NCBI GenBank assembly: GCA_963746335.1
Contig: CAVVAK010000009.1
Coordinates: forward strand, 244,157-308,156
Reading direction: 5' to 3'
Length of the DNA stretch: 64,000 bases
Source: an uncultured Actinomycetota bacterium
GTDB taxonomy: Bacteria; Actinomycetota; UBA4738; HRBIN12
This document shows positions 52,682-60,792 of the stretch, in pieces (position 1 is the first letter of the stretch; each line of letters begins with the position of its first letter). Position numbers and translations under genes: made by a program. The notes beneath the pieces were generated by a model. The model was not told the origin of the DNA, did not search any database, and saw only the letters and a program-made list of their open reading frames with translations.

Positions 52682-54154
52682 ATGACCGCGCCGACAGCGG
52701 CCGACCCGGCGGGACCGTCGGAGGGATCACCTTTCCCGCCTCGAGAGCGGTCGCTCGCGTGGCGACTCCTGATCGTCGTCGGGGTCGCGTACGTGGTCGC
52801 GCAGGTCGCGTTGCTCTCGCTTGCCCGGCCCCCCGGCTGGGACGAAGCCGTCTACCTGTCCCAGGTGACACCGGGGACCGACGCGCTGGAGTTCCTCGCG
52901 TGGCGAGCGAGAGGGATCACGCTCCTGGTGGCTCCCGTGACCTGGTTGGGCGGATCGGTCCGAGACGTCCGGATCTTCCTGATGGTCGCCTCGGCGCTCA
53001 CGATGACGGCGACGTTCCGGTTGTGGATCCCGTTGATCGGCCTGGCGGCGCCGGCTGCCGCCGTGGCGTTCTCCTTCTCGTGGCTGGGGCTCCTCAGCGG
53101 GACCGAGGTGATGCCGAACCTGTGGGCGGCGCTGCCCGGGCTCGCGACGGCCGGGCTGATCGCCCGGCGCCTCGGAGGTGGGAAGACATGGCATGCGGTG
53201 CTCGCCTCCGGGACGCTCGCCGCCACAGCGCTCGTCCGGCCGACGGAAGCCACGGTGGTTGCCGGTGCGATAGCCCTCTACATCGTGGTGTGCAGGAGGA
53301 CGGAGTGGCGCCTGCTGTTCGCGATCGGACTCGGTCTCGTGCTCGGCTGGCTTCCCTGGTTCGTCGAGATGTCGGCACGGTTCGGCGGCCCGGTGGACGC
53401 CCTTCGCGAGGCCGCCACGGGCCATTTCGCGACCGCTCCCGTCGCGCAGAACGTCGTCAATCACCTCGCGTTCACGGATGGGAGACCCCCGGATTCACCT
53501 GTTCCTCTCGGAGGGGTGCTCTGGTGGGTCCTCCTCGCGATCCTCACGATCGTGGCGATCGCGGGAGCGATGAGGCCGACGGAGCGAGCCGCGGCGATCC
53601 TGGCCGGCTTCGGGGCGTCCGCGCTGGCGACGGAATACCTCGTGTTCGCCCCGGGGATGGCACCCCGGTTCTTGCTCCCCGCATACGCGTTCGCCTCGGT
53701 CCCGGCCGCGATCGGCATCCTCACGCTGCTCCGGGGCGGCGCGATCGTTCCCCGGGTTGCCGGCGCCGCGATCCTCATCCTCGTGCTCCCGTGGGCGATC
53801 TGGCAAGGCACCGTTGCGCGTCGGTTCCAGGAAGGGAGAACCGTCTCCACCGTCGCGTTCCGTGACATCGGGCTGACGCTTCGGGAGCTGGCGGGTGGCC
53901 GTCCCTGTTCGTTCGTGAGTCCGAACGGCTACCCGTCGATCGCGCTCGCCTCGGGGTGCGACGGATCTGCCCTCATCCGGCCCGGAGGCCCGACCGCTTC
54001 AGAGCTGGAGGAGCTCCGGAGCGCCGAGGAGGAGTTGTTCGTGATCCTCAAGCGGGAGGCACGCCTGTCTTCACCTCTCGGCTCGCTGACTCCCGTGCCG
54101 GTCGCGGGTCCTGGCAAGACATGGTTCGTCTATCACGTGTCTGGGTCGACCTGA
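52682..54154 (+). CDS. polytopic membrane protein, putative GT-C-type glycosyltransferase (tandem copy 1)
   Basis: 490 aa with PPGWDEAVYLSQV in the first loop (the DE..Y motif of ArnT/PMT-like enzymes), about 11 TM helices and a C-terminal soluble domain with two Cys. Confidence 0.75.
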   Translation: MTAPTAADPAGPSEGSPFPPRERSLAWRLLIVVGVAYVVAQVALLSLARPPGWDEAVYLSQVTPGTDALEFLAWRARGITLLVAPVTWLGGSVRDVRIFLMVASALTMTATFRLWIPLIGLAAPAAAVAFSFSWLGLLSGTEVMPNLWAALPGLATAGLIARRLGGGKTWHAVLASGTLAATALVRPTEATVVAGAIALYIVVCRRTEWRLLFAIGLGLVLGWLPWFVEMSARFGGPVDALREAATGHFATAPVAQNVVNHLAFTDGRPPDSPVPLGGVLWWVLLAILTIVAIAGAMRPTERAAAILAGFGASALATEYLVFAPGMAPRFLLPAYAFASVPAAIGILTLLRGGAIVPRVAGAAILILVLPWAIWQGTVARRFQEGRTVSTVAFRDIGLTLRELAGGRPCSFVSPNGYPSIALASGCDGSALIRPGGPTASELEELRSAEEELFVILKREARLSSPLGSLTPVPVAGPGKTWFVYHVSGST

Positions 54155-55618
54155 CGAGGCGATACGATGAGATCGGCGGATCTTGGGACATCTGAGGGCG
54201 CCCGGGAGCGAGCGCTCGCGTGGCGCCTCCTGATCGCCGTCGGCATCGGGTACCTGATCGTCCAGCTCGCCACCGTCCCAACCTCACGCCCACCCGGCTG
54301 GGACGAGTCGATCTACCTCTCGCAGGTGATGCCGGGCGTGGACCCGATGTTCTTCCTGGCTTCGCGCGCCCGGGGGATCACCTTCCTGGTCGCTCCGGTC
54401 GCGTGGCTGGGAGGGTCGGTGCGGGACGTACGGCTGTTCCTGATGGTCGCGTCCGCCGTCGCGATGACCGTGACGTTCCGGTTGTGGATCCCGTTGGTCG
54501 GCCTGGCAGCTCCCCTCGCCGCCCTCCTCTTCTGCGGCACGTGGCAGAGTCTGGTCAACGGATCCGAGGTGATGCCGAACCTCTGGGCGGCGATCCTCGG
54601 GCTCGCGACGGCCGGGCTGACCGCGCGGGCACTCGAGAGCGGGACCACATCGCATGCCGTCCTTGCCGCGGCGGCGCTGGGAGCGACGGCGCTCGTCCGT
54701 CCGACCGACGCCACGGTGGTTGCCGCCGCACTCGGTCTCTACGTGCTCTCGTGCAGGAGGTCCCACTGGCGCCTGCTCTTCGTGCTCGGCGCCGGTCTGA
54801 TCGTCGGGTGGTTGCCATGGTTCATCGAGATGTCCGTTCGGTTCGGTGGGCCGGTCGAGGCTCTCCGAGAGGCCGCGGCGGCCGGGCGCGTCATGACGAC
54901 CTCCGTCGGGCACAACCTGTTCGTCCATCTGGCCGCCACGGGAGGGGAGCTCACTCCCACTCGCGTTCCGGTCCCGGGAGCGATCTCGTGGGGGCTCCTC
55001 GCGATCCTCGCGGGTGTCGGGATCGTGAGAGCGGTGAGGCCGACGGAACGGGCGGTCGCGATCCTCGCCTCGATCGGGGCGCTTGCGCTCGGAGCCGCAT
55101 ACGTCATCTTCGTGTGGGGGACGTCTCCCCGCTTCTTCCTCCCGGTGTACGCGTTCGCGTCGCTTCCGGCCGCGGTCGGCCTGGTCGCGCTCCTCCGCGC
55201 AACGACCTGGTCTCGGGTCGCCGGCGCGGGGCTGCTCGCGCTCGTGATCCCCTGGGCGATCTGGCAGGGCGCGATGCCGAACCGCTTCCTGGAGCGGAGG
55301 ATGACGTCGACCGTCGCCCTCCGTGACATCGGACTGAGGCTGCGCGAGCTGGCCGATCACCGCCCCTGTTCGTTCATGAGCCCGCACGGATACCCGATGA
55401 TCGAGTTCGCCGCCGGGTGCCACGGGGCCGATCTCCTGCGACCTCGCGGCCCCACGGCCTCAGAGCTGGCGGAGTTCGGGGCCGATGGGCGAGAAGTCTT
55501 CGTCATCCTCAAGCGGGAAGCCCGGCCCGCCTCGCCTCTCGGCTCGATCGTTCCGGTGCCGGTTCCCGGACCGGGGAGAACGTGGTTGATCTACCACGTC
55601 TCCGGAACGACCGACTGA
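52700..55618. repeat. diverged tandem duplication (two units of about 1.46 kb)
   Basis: The DNA of 52.73-54.15 kb aligns with 54.21-55.61 kb, including identical runs such as GACGTTCCGGTTGTGGATCCCGTT. Even the antisense shadow ORFs 52852..53253 and 54313..54714 mirror each other. Confidence 0.85.
54167..55618 (+). CDS. polytopic membrane protein, putative GT-C-type glycosyltransferase (tandem copy 2)
   Basis: 483 aa, collinear with the previous gene over the full length (PPGWDESIYLSQV, TFRLWIPL, EVMPNLWAA, LVRPT.ATVVA, GWLPWF.EMS.RFGGPV.ALREAA). Confidence 0.75.
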   Translation: MRSADLGTSEGARERALAWRLLIAVGIGYLIVQLATVPTSRPPGWDESIYLSQVMPGVDPMFFLASRARGITFLVAPVAWLGGSVRDVRLFLMVASAVAMTVTFRLWIPLVGLAAPLAALLFCGTWQSLVNGSEVMPNLWAAILGLATAGLTARALESGTTSHAVLAAAALGATALVRPTDATVVAAALGLYVLSCRRSHWRLLFVLGAGLIVGWLPWFIEMSVRFGGPVEALREAAAAGRVMTTSVGHNLFVHLAATGGELTPTRVPVPGAISWGLLAILAGVGIVRAVRPTERAVAILASIGALALGAAYVIFVWGTSPRFFLPVYAFASLPAAVGLVALLRATTWSRVAGAGLLALVIPWAIWQGAMPNRFLERRMTSTVALRDIGLRLRELADHRPCSFMSPHGYPMIEFAAGCHGADLLRPRGPTASELAEFGADGREVFVILKREARPASPLGSIVPVPVPGPGRTWLIYHVSGTTD

Positions 55619-55647
55619 GCCGAGGACACAGGTCGTGGTCCCGGTGG

Positions 55648-57618
55648 TCAGCGATCGTCCTTCGGCCCGAGCGGCGACCGAAGAGGGCGATCCCTCCGAA
55701 CGAGCGCGAACAAGCCGCCGATCGCAGCGACCGAGCTGAGGAGGAGCACGCCGCCACCGCCTCCCAGAGGGACCCCTGCCAGTCCCGAGACCGTGCCCAC
55801 GAGGAGCACGCCGGCGAGGCCGAGGCTCGGAGCGAGCGCGAAACGAACATCCAGGGGTGCCGGAACGAATGCGAGGGCCCATCCGATGCCGGCGACGAGC
55901 AGCGCGACGAATGCCGTCACGAGATCTCGGATCAGTCCGCCCGCGGGCGGCGGTGAGATCGGTCCGATCACGGGGCCCGAGGTCTCGCTCGGCGACGCAC
56001 CACGATGACCGTCGCCGAGGAGGAACACGCCGTCCGCGATCTCCTCATGGGCGGGATCGGAGGCAACCGAAGCGGGGTCGTCCAGGAACGGGCGGAGCGC
56101 GAGCGCGACGGCTCCCGGTGATCGCATCCGCGCGACCGCGTCCGCGGAGATCAGCGCGTTCTTCAGTTCGGCGCCCTCGAGCCCCTGCGGCGGCTCGGTT
56201 CCGTCGACGGCGTCCGCCCGCTCGAACAAGTCCTCCGGTGTTCCCATGAACACGCCCGTTCGTGGGATCAGTCCGACGGATGCCAGCATCCGAACGCGGC
56301 GGAAGGCCCGACCCGGGTCGTCGGATACCACGATCACGAGTGCCGAGGCATCCACCTGCTTCGCATACGCCACCGCGGATCGGATCGGAGCCAGCTCGTC
56401 GGGGCTGATCGAGGGCCGGGAGCTGTCGATCAGGTCCTCGGAGACAGCTGCCAACCCGGCGAGGGAGGCGATCACGAGCGCCGCCGCGACCGCGATCAGC
56501 GGGATGCGCCTCCTGCCTCCGGTCCGCGAAGCGGCCGCCACGATCGTGGTGAGCAGGGCCGCCGTGAGCAGCGGAAGGGGGAACGTGATCCCGAGGAAAC
56601 GCATGAGCGGGAGATCCGCTCCGGCGACGTAGAGCGCGGCGGCGAGCGAAGGTGGGAGGAGCCATGCAGCCATGAGAAGGAGCCCATGACGGCGACGCTC
56701 GACCTTCCTGCCGATCCCCACTGCGAGGGTCACGAGACCGACCGCTGCAACCGAGAGCGTGAGCCGGTAGTGGGGGAAGAGCCGTCTCACGTTGCCATGG
56801 AAATGCCTGCCCGTCCCCGTGTCGGGGATGTTCCCGCCCGGCGTCGCGAGCAGGGGCAGGGCTCCCATCGCGAGTCCTCCTCCCACCGCGGCGGACACCC
56901 GCCCTGCCGGCGTCGTCGACCACGGAGATCCGGTGCGACGTCGCGAGATCGACTCCGGTAGGAGGAACAGGGCGAACACGAGTCCGATCGCGGCGAACAC
57001 CCCTCCGACGGCCCAATGCATCAGGATCGCGGCCGCGAGGAGGAACGCCGTCGTCACGCCCGAACCTGGACCGGCCGCGACCAAGAGCAGCCCGGCAGCG
57101 GCGGCGACGATCGGTCCGTCGGCGAGGGCATTGTCGAGGTAGCTCTTCGTCGTCAACGCGAACGGGACGGACATCACCACCGCGATCGCGTAGATCGGCG
57201 CCGCCCAGCGAGGTTCACCGAGCGCTCGGGCGAATGCCCATCCCGAGGACGCGAGCAGGGCGGCCGCGAGCGCGGGGATGATGAACATGAGCCGCCACGG
57301 TGTGACGCCGACACCGGACAGCACGGAAGCCAACACCGGGAGCCCCACGCGGTCGGGATTGATCTGGAAATCGTGAGGGGTCGATTCGAAGAGCGATGTG
57401 AGGTCTGTGGCAGCGACCAGCTTCGCCCTCCACAGGTGTGCCGGCGTATCGACGCCGGGCGGCACGACGAGACCACGATCGATGGGAGCGCGCAGGAAGA
57501 GGCCGGCTCCGAGGAGCACCGAGACGAACAAGCCGGCGCCGAGACCCACCCCTCTGTTCAACCGATCGCGACGCGACGCCGGTGTGCCTTCGGTTCCTCG
57601 TCGGGGAGGGTCAACCAT
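55648..57618 (-). CDS. large polytopic membrane protein, paralogue of 46900..48852
   Basis: 656 aa with the same layout as 46900..48852: a PPGVDTPAH first-loop block, a HW block, a soluble domain and C-terminal helices. The start overlaps the upstream gene by 8 nt. Confidence 0.7.
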   Translation of the reverse strand: MVDPPRRGTEGTPASRRDRLNRGVGLGAGLFVSVLLGAGLFLRAPIDRGLVVPPGVDTPAHLWRAKLVAATDLTSLFESTPHDFQINPDRVGLPVLASVLSGVGVTPWRLMFIIPALAAALLASSGWAFARALGEPRWAAPIYAIAVVMSVPFALTTKSYLDNALADGPIVAAAAGLLLVAAGPGSGVTTAFLLAAAILMHWAVGGVFAAIGLVFALFLLPESISRRRTGSPWSTTPAGRVSAAVGGGLAMGALPLLATPGGNIPDTGTGRHFHGNVRRLFPHYRLTLSVAAVGLVTLAVGIGRKVERRRHGLLLMAAWLLPPSLAAALYVAGADLPLMRFLGITFPLPLLTAALLTTIVAAASRTGGRRRIPLIAVAAALVIASLAGLAAVSEDLIDSSRPSISPDELAPIRSAVAYAKQVDASALVIVVSDDPGRAFRRVRMLASVGLIPRTGVFMGTPEDLFERADAVDGTEPPQGLEGAELKNALISADAVARMRSPGAVALALRPFLDDPASVASDPAHEEIADGVFLLGDGHRGASPSETSGPVIGPISPPPAGGLIRDLVTAFVALLVAGIGWALAFVPAPLDVRFALAPSLGLAGVLLVGTVSGLAGVPLGGGGGVLLLSSVAAIGGLFALVRRDRPLRSPLGPKDDR

Positions 57619-59233
57619 CGACGGGTCCTGAGAGCACCCAGACGAGGCCCTTGGGGCTCACCTGGACGACGCGGAGGGCTTCCTTGAGGCGGGGGATGCT
57701 GAACGGCGCGCACTCCTTGGATCGCCGGAACACGATCACCTGGCGCGGCCGATCCCTGAGGCTGCGGCCGAGCTCGTCGAGCTCGGAGTCGAACGTCGGG
57801 TTGGGGAGAACGCGTCCCCCTCGACACGATCGGGGGAGGCTGTGTACCGCCCGATCGAGGAGGAACCACGCGACGTTGGGACGGGTCGCGAAGAGCACGG
57901 TTCCTGGAGCGATCGGCCCGTCCAGTGTCTGGGTGAGCTCGTCGTATTCGGCCGCGGAACCGATCCGGGTTCCGTAGATCGCCGGCATCGAGACGGAGGC
58001 CGACGAGATCGCGAGGGCGGCGAGGGAGGCGGCCGCCACCCCGACCGCCCCCCGGAGCGCGGGTCCGCGAGGAGCTGCTCTCCAGATCGCATCACCGAGG
58101 GCGACGACGGCGATCACGAGCGGCGCGAAGGCGGGACCGAGGAGACGATCATTGAACGGGGGAGCGCGAGTGGAGAAGGCGTTCGCCGCCGCGATGAAGG
58201 CGAAGTGGACCGCCGCGAACGCGACGCACACCGTGACGACCGTCGGCACGTGAAGCATGCCGGGGAACCTGGAGTGGAACGCGGACCAGATCAAAAGGAT
58301 CAGCGCGGTGAGGGATGCGAGGGCGGCGAGCAGGATGAGCGCGTCGTGTGCCAAGCCGGTCGGACGATCCGGGATGAACCACCTCCCGATCCGTTGGAAC
58401 CCGCCCACCACGTCGGCCAGGGTCAGATCGTGCACCAGCTGGTTGTCACCGGTGAGGGTGCCCGACACATCCAGGTTCCTGAGCGACCAGAGCACGCTGA
58501 GGGGCAGCGAGATGCCTACGAACAGCCCCACCGCGCGCGCTCGACCCAGCACTCGGCGACCCGGCCAGAGCACGAGGAGCAGGCACGAGGTGGCGAAGAC
58601 GGACAATCCGGAGTACCTCGTGAGCATGGCGACGCTGGTCAGCGCGGCCGCCAGGATCAACGGCCCGGTCCGTCGCGTCGCGAGATGACGTGCGAGCGAT
58701 GCGAGTATCAGGACGATCAGCGGGAAGAAGAGCGTCTCGCTCCAGATGTGGGCGTACACCATCACCGTCGGTCGCCCGAGTTGCACGAGCAGGACCGCGA
58801 GCGCCGCAGGCAACGCTCGTTCCCGAGCATCTTCGGCGCTGGAGAGGGCGATCGCGATCGCGGATCCGAACGCGCAGAGGAGGACCACGTTCTGCCAGAT
58901 CACCCAGTCGAACACCCGCACATCCAGGACGCGAGGGATCGTCAGGAGCAGGGGATACAGCGGGGGGAACAGGGTCACCGGCGAGCCGACGTCTCCGAAG
59001 GGATAGGTCCAGCCCTCCCCCCGAGCCAGGCTGTTCGCCGCGCCGAGGTACGTGAACGAGTCGTTGCTCGCATGGACGCCTTCTCGGGAAAGGAAGAGAA
59101 GGAGGATCGGACCAACGAGCGACGACACCACCACCGCGCCGACCACCAACGCGCGACGAGGCCTCACGTGCTGCCGTCCTCTGACATCACGGCGAGTCGA
59201 CCTGATCTCCCGGTCGATGGACGTGGAGGCCAT
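57611..59233 (-). CDS. polytopic membrane protein, ArnT/PMT-like GT-C glycosyltransferase candidate
   Basis: 540 aa with the first-loop block NDSFTYLGAANSLARGEGW, about 12 TM helices and a C-terminal soluble domain. Confidence 0.7.
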   Translation of the reverse strand: MASTSIDREIRSTRRDVRGRQHVRPRRALVVGAVVVSSLVGPILLLFLSREGVHASNDSFTYLGAANSLARGEGWTYPFGDVGSPVTLFPPLYPLLLTIPRVLDVRVFDWVIWQNVVLLCAFGSAIAIALSSAEDARERALPAALAVLLVQLGRPTVMVYAHIWSETLFFPLIVLILASLARHLATRRTGPLILAAALTSVAMLTRYSGLSVFATSCLLLVLWPGRRVLGRARAVGLFVGISLPLSVLWSLRNLDVSGTLTGDNQLVHDLTLADVVGGFQRIGRWFIPDRPTGLAHDALILLAALASLTALILLIWSAFHSRFPGMLHVPTVVTVCVAFAAVHFAFIAAANAFSTRAPPFNDRLLGPAFAPLVIAVVALGDAIWRAAPRGPALRGAVGVAAASLAALAISSASVSMPAIYGTRIGSAAEYDELTQTLDGPIAPGTVLFATRPNVAWFLLDRAVHSLPRSCRGGRVLPNPTFDSELDELGRSLRDRPRQVIVFRRSKECAPFSIPRLKEALRVVQVSPKGLVWVLSGPVDG

Positions 59234-59289
59234 CGGAGCGAAGACTACCTTGGCGTTCTCGCGACTGGTCTCGCTCGGAGTCGGCGGCG

Positions 59290-60753
59290 GTGCATCGACC
59301 GCCGTCTATCATCCACGCGATGTCGTCGGACACGGGTGGCGAAGTGACGTCTGACAGCCATCCGGTCCGGCCATTCATCATCGCCTCCCTCCTGATCCTC
59401 ACGGTCGTGTCGGCGGCCATCTTCGCGCCGCGTCTTGGGTCGGAGGGGGAGCGCGGCGCGCCCAGCTTCGTGCTGATCGTCACGGATGACCAACGGTGGG
59501 ACACCTTGGACGCCATGCCGTCCGTCCGGCGCTATCTCGTTGACGGCGGGATCAGATTCGAGAATGCGTTCGCCACCACGCCGTCCTGCTGTCCCTCGCG
59601 CGTGAGCCTCCTCACCGGCCAGTACTCACACACGACGGGCGTTCTCGATGGTTCCGCGGACAACGCCCCCGGTGGTGCTCCCTCCTTCGAGGATGGGTCC
59701 TCGCTGGCGACATGGCTCGACGATGCGGGATACCGAACGGGGCTGGTCGGGAAGTACCTGAACGACTACGCAGCGCTCCCGGCGGGATACGTTCCGCCGG
59801 GTTGGGACGAGTGGTTCGCGGTCGCCGACTCGAGGCCGCAGATCCGGTATTACGACTACCGAGTGAACGACAACGGCACGATCGTGCGATACGGGGACGA
59901 TCCGTCGGACTATTCCACCACGGTCCTCCAGGAGGAGGCGGTCCGCTTCGTCAGCGGCGAGGGGCCCTTCTTCCTTCTGTATGCCCCGCTCGCCCCGCAT
60001 CTGCCGGCCATCGCGGCGCCGCAGGATTCCGATGCGCCGCTGCCGCCGCGGGGAACACCGCCTCCCTCGTTCGACGAGGACGACGTTTCGGACAAGCCTG
60101 GACGCGCCAGGACGCGCCTCGACCTGGACAAGGTTGGCGCTGTGCGCGAGGACATGATCCGATCGCTGATCAGCCTCGACCGCTCGATCGAGGCGATCGT
60201 CCACGCGATCGAAGCGGCGGGAGCGTCGGAAGATACCTACATCCTGTTCACGTCCGATAACGGGTTCCTGTGGGGCGAGCATCGGATCACCGGGAAGGTG
60301 TGGCCGTATGAGGAATCGATCCGAGTGCCGCTGGTGATCCGTCCACCAGGCTCGCGTCCGACACGGACGCTCGGGCAGATGGTCCTCAACATCGACATCC
60401 CCCCGACGATCGCCGACCTCGCCGGGATCGATCCCGAGCTGCGGCAGGACGGAACCAGCCTGATGCCGCTGCTCAGGGGGACCGGAGGTTCGTGGCGCGA
60501 TGCGTTCATGGTCGAGTTCCTGGGCTTCGCTCCAGGCGTCCCCCCGTACATCGGCATCCGTACGGATCGACATATCTACGTCGAGTACCGGAACGGTTGG
60601 CGGGAGCTGTACGACCTCCGATCGGATCCCTTCCAGCTCACGAATCTGCTCGCGCAGACACCTTCCCCAAGATCCGCCGCGATCGCGCGAGACCTCCGAG
60701 CCGCTCTCGAGCGGATGGGAGCCGGCACCCGGCTCGGACGGTACGTGGGCTGA
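59290..60753 (+). CDS. membrane-anchored sulfatase (formylglycine-dependent type)
   Basis: IVTDDQRWD and TTPSCCPSRVSLLTGQ (the C-x-P-x-R FGly motif), plus FTSDNG. There is an N-terminal TM anchor. ATG 59320 is an alternative start. Confidence 0.88.
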   Translation: MHRPPSIIHAMSSDTGGEVTSDSHPVRPFIIASLLILTVVSAAIFAPRLGSEGERGAPSFVLIVTDDQRWDTLDAMPSVRRYLVDGGIRFENAFATTPSCCPSRVSLLTGQYSHTTGVLDGSADNAPGGAPSFEDGSSLATWLDDAGYRTGLVGKYLNDYAALPAGYVPPGWDEWFAVADSRPQIRYYDYRVNDNGTIVRYGDDPSDYSTTVLQEEAVRFVSGEGPFFLLYAPLAPHLPAIAAPQDSDAPLPPRGTPPPSFDEDDVSDKPGRARTRLDLDKVGAVREDMIRSLISLDRSIEAIVHAIEAAGASEDTYILFTSDNGFLWGEHRITGKVWPYEESIRVPLVIRPPGSRPTRTLGQMVLNIDIPPTIADLAGIDPELRQDGTSLMPLLRGTGGSWRDAFMVEFLGFAPGVPPYIGIRTDRHIYVEYRNGWRELYDLRSDPFQLTNLLAQTPSPRSAAIARDLRAALERMGAGTRLGRYVG

Positions 60754-60792
60754 GATGGCGAGGCCCGAGATGGACGACACGTAGGATCGCGG

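Noticed and set aside
52852-54714. A pair of similar 133-aa minus-strand ORFs (52852..53253 and 54313..54714) that could look like a conserved small-protein family.
   Set aside because: They are antisense shadows of the duplicated B1/B2 genes. Their similarity simply reflects the tandem DNA duplication.
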